In this document: positions 1-13,500 of the stretch, in pieces
Layout: every line of letters starts with the position of its first letter
Position numbering within the stretch: the stretch's first letter is position 1
Assembly (NCBI RefSeq): GCF_902652985.1
Contig: NC_047028.1
Location: 25,606,001 to 25,670,000 of the forward strand
DNA length: 64,000 nucleotides
Source of the DNA: Pecten maximus
Taxonomy: Eukaryota
Direction of reading: 5' to 3'
Position numbers and translations under genes: made by a program
The notes under the pieces: generated by a model
The model's database searches: none
Told to the model about the DNA's origin: nothing
Seen by the model: only the letters and a program-made list of their open reading frames with translations

Positions 1-470
1 TGCTAATTTTAAACAGAAAAGAAAAATGACATACTTTATATTAAGCTATGTTGTTCTTATTAAATAAGTAACGGGTAATATGCGTCAAAATCTCTTACGT
101 AGAGCAGTATCAAAACAGCTTTCTATTTTGTTGACAAATCTTACAAAATGAAGGCCCTTTGTGACTGTTCCTGCCTATTGTAGGGGGGGGGGGGGGGGGG
201 GGGGGGAGGGAGTGTAGTTGTAAGTGGGACGTGTATTGTTTTGACGGAAACTTCCTCCTCAACACATTAAACAATGAGAGGAAACTGATACTTTGAAACA
301 CTGAATGCGTCACTTATGTAAACTGTAGTGGGAAGGAAAAATAGAAACACATCAACTATGATAATGTTAATGGTATATTTAAATGGTCATCAAAATTGAC
401 CTCTATTGATTTTAAAAATAAATATATATATATTTAGATATTTACATAATATCTTACAAAAAGTTGGAAA

Positions 471-1420
471 AAATGAATATTCTTTTAGATAACATCTTTG
501 TTAAAAGTGTTTAAACCTAAGCTCTATATCAATTAGACGGGGAACATAATAAAAAAAATGTGCTAAAATAACATTTCAAAATAATAAAATATGTAAATTC
601 TCTTACTTCGATACGACGTCTATTATTAACGTAGTCATACTCCCCCATAGAACATGTAAATGAAATGGTTTGGATTCCATTGTCATTGTATTTAATACCC
701 TACGTAACTGATGAAATAATAACATTTTTTAAAGAATTTTGATTTTACTGAAAAATATACCTTATCATGGTTACTGGTTATATTGTTGACGTTCACAGGG
801 ACATTTTTGTACGATAAAAGAATCACTTAAACCAAAGTCTAATTGTTTACAGGCATTGTGAAATGCTACAAGCGCCATTTTGAATAAAAACTCTGGACTG
901 TTTGTGTAGATTTAAAAAAAAAGTTATAGTTAAACATGCCAAAGCCAACACTTCATTTAAACACAAATAAATACTTACCGATCAAGCTGTTATAAAAATT
1001 TCAAAGAATCTTCTTTACACTGTTTTATGGTATATTGTTCAGGCTCTCTGTTTTAGCCAAGCTCCGATATTTTCTGTCACACCTAGCGCGTTCATTAAAA
1101 TTGGATATATATCGCAAGGTCTACGGCATTGGGTCGATATTCCATGCCAATGTTCCATGAAACTGGAACCAAGCCGTGATGACAGAGGCCTGACGCGGGA
1201 TAATATGTCAATATTAATCAATTCAATTCAGGCTTCTTTATAAGAGTTCAGTAACACAGAATCAGGAATGTTAAGATATATCACATCCTTATCCGAACTA
1301 TGTTAATTCAAATTTGGAAAAAAATAAATATTCTTTTAGATAACATCTTTATTAAAAGGGTTTCAACCAAAGCTCTTTATCAATTAGAAGGGGAACATAA
1401 TAATAAAAAAGGTTCTAAAA
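471..1420. repeat. ~100-bp direct repeat pair (471-570 and ~1322-1420)
   Basis: AATATTCTTTTAGATAACATCTTT..TATCAATTAGA.GGGGAACATAATAA..CTAAAATA is present twice. Confidence 0.75.
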
Positions 1421-4412
1421 TACCAGAAACTCGGGCACCCTGGAACCAAGCGTATTAAAAAATAAACATATTAATAAAACAAATAGAAAAATGATTAAAG
1501 GACTAAATAAATAAATAGATTAATAAATAAATAGATAGATGAATCAGTTTCTAGCTACAAACGACCACAGGAAAGAACAAATCGAACGAACCGATTTAAA
1601 AACCCAAAACTAGCAATAAGCACACCAAGGAAAATATACATCGTCATTTTTCTAAAAAAAAACAAAAACAAAACAGTGAAATACCAAAGCAAAAAGCAAA
1701 ACGACACCATTTCAGGTAAGGTATATCATGTAATCACCAAAATCAAATTTAGAACACTACTATCTTCCAACAATGCCATTTAATGGTAAACAGTTGGTCA
1801 AGACGACAAGCATTCAATGCATTATATATAATCAACTGTGTGTTTACAATGTTAATCTTTTTTATAGCTTACAGAGTGATTCTCAGTTCCTGTCGATGAT
1901 GTTTTGTACCGACGACTTTCATATTCAAATTTTCAACTTTTGATGTTTCATTACAGATGGTAAATGTTGATATGAAGTTCGCTAAATACTCTATCTATGT
2001 CTGCAGTGGTATTGTATCATAATAACAGAACGTAATTATCAATAACAATGCATATATACAAAACATGGTTAAGAGTCTCAAGCGTTTTGCATGTTGCCAA
2101 ATTCCTTTTTGTATATACGACATTTATCTTATAATACTTTATTACATGAAATTTAAGAAAAACGGAAGGAACAAATTGTTTAAAAAAGATATTTATAAAA
2201 AAAAACCAAAACAAACAAACAAATAATAGAAATAAAATAACAAATTAGTAAAAAATACTGTTCTTGCAACATGAAAAGTAAAACTGAATGCACATCAAAT
2301 ATATGGGAAGGCGTCAGAAAAAAATTCTAGTGACCTTTCTAGCAAACGAATTGAGCTAAACAAATCAGTGTGATGGACGAATTTCCCCAAATATCATAAT
2401 GTGGCAGCACCTTACATGATCTAATACATAAATAGCTCCGGTTGATCCCATTGGAGGCCCCTATGCCTACCTGTCCTATACAGGTAGGCTTGCGCTACGC
2501 CGACGATGGCTTGACAATACTGGTGCCATTGATTTTCTGGATAAAGGACAAAATCAATGACACGGCCATGTTTATGCGTTCTTTTATTCTCCTAGCAAGC
2601 TGATATCGATTGTCGGATTGGTATTACAATTATATACAGGCTAATTCAGATGTTGTCGCAACTCTAGGGCACATTCTATGTACCGTGTTGTTTTGGGCCA
2701 ATTAGAAATTGTTTTCTACCAAAACAGAATGGCAGTCTGGTAGATGTATGTGGCATGTCATGATTTGTGTAGTATATCCCATCTGACAGACTTATAATTC
2801 TAATGTGTGATAGCCGAGTTGATTACAGTGACACGGTAATAAGGTGTTGAAAATATAGAGACTTTATCTATCAAGCCTTTTGTAAGGTGGCCTTTCGTGA
2901 CATGCAATATGAACAAGCCATGCATATCGTATCGCACACGTTTTCGTGCACGTTTCATAAAAAATAAACGTGTCACGTGATTTCCTTGTAAAAGGCTATC
3001 CTCCGGACCAGAATTTGCATGCAGAATAGAAAAAATAATAACAGGATGTACATTATATATATATATATATGCTAGATGATCAATATTATCAACATTAAAC
3101 TGATGTCATGAAAATATCGAGACGTTTAACGATATGACGCCCTAAATAAAATGATTAACCTTTTGAAAATCAATGTAATTCTCAAAATTGTTTTCGTTAT
3201 TGTTTCTTAATGAATGTAATCCTCGAAGGTCTCATAGTCTCATACGCATGAATGGATTGTACAAAATTGACATAAATATATGAGAGTCTTTTACATTTTG
3301 ATTCTTCAAAGCTAACCTAAATTAATCTGCATCATGCAGCACGTACTTCTAGGACTGGATCAGTGGTCAAAAGAAATGTAAAAATATAATCGTTCTCGAT
3401 GTCATCGTCTCATTGGGATATGCCTTGTAGTTCCGTATGAGATTGTATACATTCGGTACTTGTTAACATGCCTGGCGGTTCCACTCTCACTACCCTGGTT
3501 CTTAACTTGAGAACGTCAAATTACATGAATTCGACCAAGAATGCGTTTATGAAGCTTAGGACGATATCACTTCCTTCTAGATCACCTGATATTAACCTCT
3601 TTGTATTGTTCTCCGAATTAGTCATTGTTGTTCAATGTTGGTCTCATTTCATCAGTTTAGAGTCAGATGCAGGAGCTCATGTCTGCATATCTCCTTTAGC
3701 GCCCTTCACATTTTTTTCACTTAGACCTAGATAAGATAAATACAACTAAGATGTCTGTAGGTAAATTTGACCTAAAAAATATTGACCTTAAATTGACCTG
3801 AATTTGACCTGAATTGATCTGAAGACATTTTGCCTGTGCATGGGGGCTTAAATTGTATTAATTGTATTAGTCTCTAGAGAGTGTCATTATACAGGTGGTG
3901 GTTTAAGTGAAAAGGACACAGTGTGTAATACAATGAATGCATAAGTATGTAAGTGTTTAAACACAGTGACCAAATTAGAACACAAGATCGATAAAATCGA
4001 ACATAATATGAACAAGGTGGAAAATCGGGTAGAAATGTTCCGTAATGTTAAAGATTCTCACCACGTGTAGAACACAACTGTATGTAATAAGACACCTCTA
4101 GAAGTGGACATGATAACGGCATACAAAAGTACTAATGTACTGAAAATACTTTTTGTGATTATATCTTAAGAGTTGGAAATGACGTCATTATGGTATCTAC
4201 TTAATTGTTATGATGACGTAATGTTGACTGTCGTTATTAGTAGATATGTAACTTAAGCCTGATAATGATGCTCATTTGTTGTTGCTTGGGTAAGTCACAT
4301 TTCGTCAACTGATCTGGATGAAACTAAGGAAGAAATGTGATTTTGTGTGTGAACTATCTCCCCTTAACTGATATCAAATCGTTCTGTGTCTTGCAAATTT
4401 TCGTGATAGGTG

Positions 4413-4755
4413 ATTTAGTTTGGAAATATTTTACAAGCATATTGGAACGACATTGAAATTTTGTTTATCTGAAGAGATATGTAAACAAATACGACTAGTT
4501 ATAAAACATTGGGGTTGACTGTATGTGAATCAAATGCTGGTCACAGTCTATTATCAGCTACTTATCGCCTTGTCAGGCATATTAATTCACGCACATAATT
4601 TAGTTTGGAGATGTTTTATAAGCATATATAGGAAATACTGTAAAATTGTGTTATCTGTAGAGATATGTAAACAAATACGACTAGTTATAAGACACTGGGG
4701 TTGACTGTATGTGAATTAAATGCTGGTCACAACCTATTATCAGCTACTTATCGCT
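4413..4755. repeat. Tandem duplication, ~185-bp period
   Basis: ATTTAGTTTGGA..AGAGATATGTAAACAAATACGACTAGTTATAA..CTATTATCAGCTACTTATCGC occurs twice. Confidence 0.85.
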
Positions 4756-5261
4756 GTACACTTTCGTAACTTTGAAGTACAAGGGCATATATACAGCCAA
4801 CGGTCCATATACCGGTACAATGCACTTTACACATGTATATAGTGCAAGTATATACATCCATTAGGCAATTTATGCATAATCAAGGGTCAGAGAAAATTTA
4901 TATAAGAGAAATGTTGGATGACGCTTTGTCTACGCATGAAAGTCAATATAGTTTATATATACAATTTTTCAATATGGATGCCATTTTATCTGATATTCAT
5001 CCGTTTGTCGCTATAAGTAAGTATATAATTTGTACGAAGTTCATGCATAGCCGGAATTACGATTCTGACGCATAACAGATGTATTATCTGTGTAATCATA
5101 TCTACAATCGATGTAGCTTACTCTGCTTACAGTACAAAGACCGATTTGGTTAATTAATTAATTTATTTTCACAAATAACCGACTTAATCGTATTTATCAG
5201 TATTAACTAAAGCCTTATACTCTTCTCTTTTAACAATATTCCCCCGTTCTTCCTTTTGGTA

Positions 5262-5553
5262 GCTGCGATAGCTCAGTCGGTTAGATCGTCGACCTAAGTC
5301 GATCTGGTAAGGTTAAGTCTTGAGATTCGACGTTCTCTAACCCTGGCGGTTTTTGTTTCTCGGGAAGCTAAGAAACGGCCTGGGTTGTGCTGTCATGGTC
5401 ACGACACTTTGGCAAGACACTTTACCTTAATAACTGTTGAAAGCGTGCGACGGGTCTCGTATATGTTGTTTAGTGAGGTATTCACCAATTGCTACAGGGA
5501 GACACACCTTGAAATTGACCCTGGCTGTTCACGAAGCGATAAACCCAACAAGC
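5262..5553 (+). mobile_element. tRNA-derived SINE, single-head diverged copy of the 19063 family
   Basis: GCGATAGCTCAGTCGG head, TTGGCAAGACACTTTACC core and CCTGGCTGTTCACGAAGCGATAAACCC tail align to 19597-19883. Confidence 0.8.
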
Positions 5554-7071
5554 AGTTCCGTTTTTCGTCGACACGGATGATTTTTCGCACATTTGGATCG
5601 GATACACTTATGACAGGATGTGCTAATAACAGGATATGCGTTCGGATGTGACGTTTTGAAATAAACATGTCAATTATTAATGAGATGACAGGAAAGCATG
5701 ACTAATTATTCAATTATGTTTTGTGTTGTTGGTTAAACAATCCTCGATAATTCGGTGTTTATCGATTTTTTTCAAACATTTCAGCTGTGACTACATACTT
5801 TGAAACATAAAATATTTACAGTCTGTGTGACATTTCCATCTGATGTTTGTAAACAAAATTGTGGTGTATTAGACGGCATACTACAATTTGCAGTGATTTG
5901 GTTAGTGGAGGAATAAAGCCAAAGTTGTTCCGGGTAAACAAACATGTCGGTCATTTTCTGTATAAATAAAAGGAGCTTTCCGGATGTATTGGCATTTTAG
6001 TTATATGCGCCACTAATAAATAATATATGAATAAATTATATTTATGAATTACGACATTACATTTATTACCAATAACGAGATTGCCACACAATCACCATAT
6101 GTATCTAGATATGAAATTACGAAGTTGGCAATGTCGTCTGCTAACGACGATGATCTGACCGACGAGACATGGAATATGTTTCGAACAACATGTCCTGACG
6201 GGGCAGTTTTTATTAATGAATTCCGAATGTTCCTCTGAAAAGAGCGTAAATCAAACCGATAGAAATTATTTCCATGGAAACACTTTAGCATCTCGATGAA
6301 ATCCACTGAACAATGCCTCATCGCTTCTAACAAAATAAAAGACTGGCTGTTATGGGAATTTAACTTAATGGCGTCTTTGCTATGGCTGGCGGTAAGTTCA
6401 AATGCTTTTTTTTGTTTGTTTTTGATGTAAACATAATCATTGAACTGTTTCCAGATGCTAGAATACATTCGATAGAATGTCACCCGTTATTCGCAGATAT
6501 CTTCTTTCATGGTTTCAAGCTTTAAAGAAAAAATGATGGCATACAATATCGTTAGATAGTTACATTTAACTGATTTAATACAGCTTTGTGGAGAAATTTT
6601 AGCGATCAAACTAAATATAATGTTATGACAGTCATAATACAGTTAGTGGATATATTATATCATACTTATTCGTGTAACGTGTTTCATACACGCTGACTGA
6701 CGTAGATTATTTTTGTATTATGATTACGTTACCAATGTCAAAGTTTATTGAAACATATTCTTAGAGATATTTATGTCTCCGTTTAAAATATATATAGTTT
6801 ACCATGAACCTTGTTCCCTCGTCACGGTTTTGTCCCCTGTAACAGGAAAATTACTTAAGGCCATTAACTTATTTTTTTTCTGTCCATCGGTGTATACATC
6901 ATTGACCTTATTTGTATAAGTGAGGAAGTTATATACAAGGAAGGACAAATTCAAGTACATACTACTTATACTAGGATAATGATTATCACAACACATTTTT
7001 CATGCTTCTTATAGGCCGGTGTCTGTACATTGACGAGTTGCTTTTCTGGTTAGATATTACATTTGGACAAC

Positions 7072-7152
7072 ATGGACGATTTAGTTATCGATGGCATAGG
7101 GACTATTGAAGTTACAACCACAGACATACCTGATGCCCACGAGGATACAATG
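7072..7152 (+). CDS. Alternative (duplicated) first coding exon of the PDZ/beta-trefoil gene, MDDLVIDGIGTIEVTTTDIPDAHEDTM
   Basis: Start context GACAACATGG is identical to that at 10551. Exactly 81 nt, followed by a phase-0 GTAAGT donor. Aligns without gaps to MASFTIAGLDVDDVTTTLIPEAGTDKS (10551-10631). Confidence 0.75.
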
Positions 7153-7473
7153 GTAAGTATATTATATCGTAATTTCTGTTGATACTTGGAATAATTATCG
7201 ACATATAGTCCTTGTTAAGACGAGAAGGTTATCGAATCTGTCTCGGGAGAATTACAAACCAAAGCCTACAAATGTCGTGCATTATACTTTCCTCTGTTCG
7301 GCCTTTAACATGTTGGTAGTCGGTAACGACTGGTTATTCTTTCATCAGTCTCAGATTTGTCGCTCATTTTGCCTGTTGAATATTTTTCTGTACTCAAGTC
7401 GACAATTTAATAAAATATTAGAACAACTGGACCCTGTGTAAATGAAATAATGAGATTGGAGAAAAAATGGTCA

Positions 7474-7593
7474 TCCCCTACCTTGAGGACGTGACAAGAG
7501 AAATCTCTAACCCTCGAGTTGGTTTTCTTGATAGTCTAACCTCGGTTAAACCCGTCGGGTTGAGGTTTCTCTGGCACACCCTCAAAGTAGGGA
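7474..7593. mobile_element. Degenerate palindromic MITE-like element
   Basis: TCCCCTACCTTGAGG...AGAGAAATCTC pairs with GAGGTTTCTCT...CCTCAAAGTAGGGA. Confidence 0.55.
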
Positions 7594-9009
7594 AAGCTTA
7601 AAATGTCAGCACAATGTGATCGGGTGTGGTAGATATATTGGTTGTGTTGTGTATCAGTGTAATTCTGCTATACTAACGCCTGGCAGAGGCCATATCTAAC
7701 AGGGACGTGAAACCCTTAAACCGATTACATCTGTTTATTTTATACTTAGTACTAGATACTGCATTTCCGCCCAGTGCAATACGGCGAATTCACGTGACCA
7801 ATAACAAACTGCCGGACGGAAAATGCATCTCACCATATCAAACCGGCGGTCCAAAAATGCTATCGCAGCTTTCGGAATTCCTCGTGGGTGTTTAGTTAGA
7901 TGACCATAAGGATATCGTCCGAGGTGTTCCGATTTACAACTCAGCAGACGACCACTTCCTTTGTAAACACCAGCCAGAATGTCAGAGGGGGAACGTGTGT
8001 TGAACTCGTTAGCGGGCATCGTGGATATCATGGAGTTGTTTTGAAACCTTATGCGCAAGAGATTAGTTATATTTTTTTTAATAATCTGTTTTCGATGACT
8101 TTAATGTTGACATTACCATTTTTTCTGTTTAACAAAAAATATGTGAAAAAAAGAACGCGCAAAACTAGCAGAAGAGGAGTTTGTATTTGTAACCTTGATT
8201 ATTATACATATTAAATATTTATCACCAACATTTGTAGTTGTTGTTATATTAAAATTTTGAATCAAGCATTCAGTGTAGAAGTCTACGATGAGCAGAATAC
8301 AAACATGGTAAAAATCTAAATCACATGTCATATTAGTCCTCGATCAATATCAGATCTATAAAACATGGTAAAATCTATATCACATATCATGTCAACCCTC
8401 GACTAATATCAGACTCCTGGCTAAAGCCCTATGTCTGATATTGGGTCCTCTGGATTATTTGGCATGTGGTTTATATTTTACCTTGTAATATTCTGTAGGT
8501 ATATCACATTTATGATTTATTATAAACAGCAAAATGGGTTTACGATAAAGCGACACACGAGTTTATACCACAAACATGATAAATATTTGTTTACGGGTTC
8601 TAAAACACTGTTTACCGTCCTGTGGGTGGACGTGACGCGGTAACATATGTATCCCAGTAGGACCTACCGAATGCAATGTTATTGTTTTGCATTGATTTAT
8701 GTATTAACAATTCATGGATGCGAACACTTTTTTTTGTAATTGACATAAAGTCTTAGCTGTATGATATATTGTTAAGCAATACTACGCCTGATCATATTTT
8801 CCAACGGTAATTTTTTTTACAGCTATAGCCGCCAAAGTGATAAATGATAGTTGAGTTATACGTTTGAACAACTATGACATTATATTTTACATATGCTTTG
8901 GTGTTAGTCTAGTAGAACATATCTTAAGCATTTTTGAAAATAGATCGACAAGAACTGGTTGTGGCTTCGATTGAAGGCAGTCGAATCATGTAGAGAAATG
9001 CGTAATGGA

Positions 9010-9115
9010 ATACCGGGAGCAAACATACGTGGTTGGGCAACTGACCCCATATCTTATAACTTCCAATAGGCGAATCGAACCCCGGCCGTTGAGGTGAAAG
9101 ACAATTGTGATAAAA
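9010..9115 (-). mobile_element. Second tRNA-derived SINE family fragment
   Basis: The minus strand reads CAATTGTCTTTCACCTCAACGGCCGGGTTCGATTCGCC (B-box)...GGGGTCAGTTGCCCAACCACG, similar to 15536-15625 (+). Confidence 0.55.
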
Positions 9116-10017
9116 ATGTGTCACCTTGCAACTACCGATAGTCCCATTAAGATCACAAACATTCACAATGCAAGAAATTGAATCAAAAGTTAAGTAGTTC
9201 CTGTGAGCTATTCATCTAATGATTTCAAATTGTCAATGGAATATATAAAAAGTGTAACAACAGGAATAACATTATGAAGAAAATATTAGCAATTAATTAT
9301 TTTTATATTGGATAATTTTAAACGCAGCGATGATATTTTTCAAAACACCCACGTGTATCATAATGATGATTCATACTAAAATAAATGAGTTATAACTAAC
9401 ATTTTAAGCGTTCTAATCAAGTCTATATCATAATAAGATGAGAAAACAGGAAAACACATCTTTTTATCAGAAACTTTTGGACCCGGATGATACTTACATA
9501 ATTATGAGTAACGAATAAAATTGTACGGAAATGAAATCTTAGTTATCTTGTTACATGGTTTTTTACGTGTTCAGTAAAAACAAAGCTTAATATATTTATT
9601 CCTTCGGATTAAATTCCTTTCATTTAGCTGCGGCATTTAATTTAAAGTTAACATTTAATTCTAATTAATTAAAACCTTAACTTTATATATTCAAATTTCT
9701 TAGATTACTGCATTATACTTAATTATATGTTTAGAATATTTTTCGATTAACGTAAATTGTAGATGTCTAATCAGACACATTGAAATGTTATTGTTTTCGT
9801 TCACTTTTCTATTTTTTTTTTCAATTAAAGAGGGAGAAAAAATGAATTGTCATATTTTTGTTTATCCCAATGTGACTTGTAACAGTTATATAAACAGGTA
9901 TAAAATGATAATTTATATTGAAGTGTTTACACTCTTAGCGATGTATCTTGAAATCTGTTAATTATGTTGTTTTTTTTTCTCTTTTTTTTTTTTAAAACTC
10001 GCAAATGGTAAATATCA

Positions 10018-10115
10018 GCATTGAACTGATTTCAGTTCGCAGTTATTGGCTGATAATGCCTTTGTCCAGCTGACATCATCATCCCATAAATACCAACTAA
10101 AAGCAGTTCAATGCT
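10018..10115. mobile_element. Short element with terminal inverted repeats
   Basis: 12-bp inverted termini AGCATTGAACTG ... CAGTTCAATGCT. Confidence 0.5.
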
Positions 10116-10550
10116 TAAATGTTGTATATATGGAATTGCATTATCATATCAAAGTGCCTCGTTGCACTTGATATCAATACGTTTGGCCACACGCAATAAT
10201 AACAAGTCTTTGGAAGCAAATTATCTAAGTACATCTTGAAAAAAATAGCAGTTTGGTGGAGTCTTATAGTCGTTATTCGCCATTTGAATCATAACTCAAT
10301 AAACATTGAATGATATTATTTACTTTTAGAGAATCCTTAACTCATTATGTCAGCGAATGACAATCATTATTGAAAATTTAAATACTATTTTGCTTTATCA
10401 TCATGTGATCGCAATGTTCCCTTAGCTATCCGGCCAGACCACTTTGAGCAAAGTACTCACGCCAAATAAGATGTAGACACGTTTATAACAGCACATCATT
10501 CTAGCAGGTTAGTGTCATCACATATACAAAGTTTAGTTTTGAAAGACAAC

Positions 10551-13500
10551 ATGGCTAGTTTTACCATTGCTGGTTTAGATGTTGACGACGTTACAACTAC
10601 TTTGATACCAGAAGCTGGAACTGACAAATCAGTAAGTACATTAACAGTGAAAAATCAATTATATTTCAACCTTCTTTAACCTTATTTTTGATAAACAGGT
10701 TTCATGATTAATAGTTATTTACAATAACGACATAGCAATGATTGTCTTGTCTTGATTTACATTTAATTGAAAAAAAAATGTAGGTAGATGTCTATTTTGA
10801 TATAGATTCTATACATTTTTTTTCATAATACAAATTAATGTTCACGTCACTATCTTGATATCATGACTGACCTTAACGTACGATATAATGTCTTATCTTG
10901 AGTCAAATGATATATATATGTATCTAAACAGCTGATAGGATATACTTGTTTGAATATAAGTATGTTTAATATTCTAAAATTTGAATTAACCAATATAGAA
11001 AATTTATGATATACTCCTAGAAGGTAAAGAGAACGTGTGCACAGAAAGAGTTTTGCAAGAAGTACTGCGATGGTATCTTGTATACAACTAAAGGCGTGCC
11101 ATTCGTTAGCGTTGACCAATATTATCAAAACAAAATATACGAAATAGATTAAAAGAAAGCAGTTATCTTTCTATATATAATCATATAAATGTACCACTCA
11201 TGATAATTATGAATATCTTTCAATTTTGAAAGTGAAATGCAATGGTGATTTTATAATTTTATTATTTTTGATCAAAATATTCAAATACCTTATCAAATAA
11301 CGGAAACATGTACATGTATTTGTATGTCAGGAGACTCATCAATATACTTCATATACCTAATCGGTTTTATCTAACATACCAGCACACTGATACTATGAGT
11401 ATTACACTCATTTTATATAACACTTCGCCGTAAGTTCAATGTTGTTACATCAATACACTCTGGTTCATTGATTCAGTTCCAATGATATATTTGAATGACG
11501 ATTTCCGTGACAATAGGCGATATCATCAACAAACTGTTTGTCACTGTGAATCATATGTATATAGTATCGTTCTACGCTCATGTTAGCGTATGCCCCAGAA
11601 GTAGTGCGTAAAATTGTACCTGCTTCCCGTTGCATGTTGTAGAAAGGCGTTTGGAATTTTATTTTTTCTCTTCTTTGTAAGCAACTTTCTAATATCTCTC
11701 GTCACTACCTAACGTTNNNNNNNNNNNNNNNNNNNNNNNNNNNNNNNNNNNNNNNNNNNNNNNNNNNNNNNNNNNNNNNNNNNNNNNNNNNNNNNNNNNN
11801 NNNNNNNNNNNNNNNNNNNNNNNNNNNNNNNNNNNNNNNNNNNNNNNNNNNNNNTTGCAGTGAAATAATATTAATGAATTATTATTACATATCTATTTAA
11901 TATATTTACGTCATCTCTGACAAATAAACTAGCCAAGATACCCCACAGCTAGTTTGCCGTTAAAAGAACTGAAGAGAATTTATTGTACTGACAGTACATG
12001 AAATGTCAGATAGATTCTAACAAAACCTGTAATTAAACAGGACTTTTACATTTTTCAACTCCGAAGAGTCAAATCAGCCGACGAAAACCTATCGCGGTCA
12101 ACATACCAGTAATATCATGGTGTATTAATGAATTATTATTACATATCTTCTAAATAATTTTACGTCATCTCTGACAAATAACTAGCAAAGATACCACAGC
12201 TATTTTGCCGTTAAAAGAACTGAAGAATGACAACAGAGCCAGTGATATGTGTTGTTAATGTCATTTATTATTATTAACCAAAATGTACTTCAGATCGATC
12301 ACTAAAGTAACTTAAACAATTGTAAAGGTATAACTCTGTTTAACAATGAGGGAGCGAAACTCTGTATCACGATTGAGTCAGCAAAAGTTACAGTCTGAAT
12401 AGTCACATGGTTGTACCCTTGCCTTGCTATAGAACTGCTTGAATGGATAATATCAACATGACACCATCTCTGTTCTGTGCAAGACATCTATAGTTTTCAA
12501 GAGTACCAACCAAGCTCTCTTAATATCTGCACTTTTAGTTTGTAGCTGTTTTGTTAATTTTTAGATATCCATTACAGACAAGCTGGACTTGTGGCAGTTC
12601 ATTATGATCTTTCTGTTGTCTTTTTGTATCCAAATATTTTCAGATTTATTCGTTTTTCGCAGATATCTTCTTTCAGGAGTTCGGTTTTTCTAAGGTAAGG
12701 GTAAGGTGGAATATTTTCCTATTGAACCTTGTCATTACACAGAAAGATGCTCATAAATATAATTTTCAATCTGACGATCACTGCATTTTTCATTTTTTGC
12801 TTCATTGCGAAATATTTCAATTTCTACTCAAGTTGGACTCAATGAAACTACCAAACTTAATCTGTTTCATTTGCTCATGAATTTGACCAGATTAACACTG
12901 ATCAGTGCTTATGAATACATGGTTAAAATCCTTCCGCGGAACGATTTTACTTTTTCTACATTGTTGTTATAAATAAAATATGGAATAATTATTACAATTT
13001 TCAAATTTATAATGTATTCTTGTATTTTATGAAAGACCAGATATGCTAAATGCTTCTATTTTGACAAAATAATGCTGTTTTTAATCCTAATATTGCGGAC
13101 TATTTTACTCGATCGACTAGACATGCACAATCCGGAACTCCTCGGGCTTTTCCAGATTTGGACTTGCCCAAGCTTCGAGACATTAATATCTAGACCTACT
13201 TTTTTATTCGAAAAAAAAAACCAATTGAAATATAAGGATTGAATCTTGATTTGGTCGATTTCATGGGGTCATGAATTGAGTTGCTTTTGAGACAAATTCT
13301 ACATGAACTGCTTCGCAGTTCATTAAATTTGTCTCAAGAGCAACTCAATTCATGACCCCATGAAATCGACCAAATCAAGATTCAATCCTTAAATAAATCA
13401 TCGACAACTCCTTTCTACATACTAGTCATATCCCCTTGTTAAGTTTTAATTGATTAAACATTGAAGTTGTTAGCAAATATCATCTTTTGTTTGTGGTGGC

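Noticed and set aside
110-313. Proline-rich ORF
   Set aside because: The poly-Pro is just the reverse complement of a poly-G tract, which may itself be a sequencing artefact.
7707-8214. Three overlapping ORFs of 62-107 aa
   Set aside because: No recognisable domain or phase-consistent splice sites; probably repeat-derived sequence.
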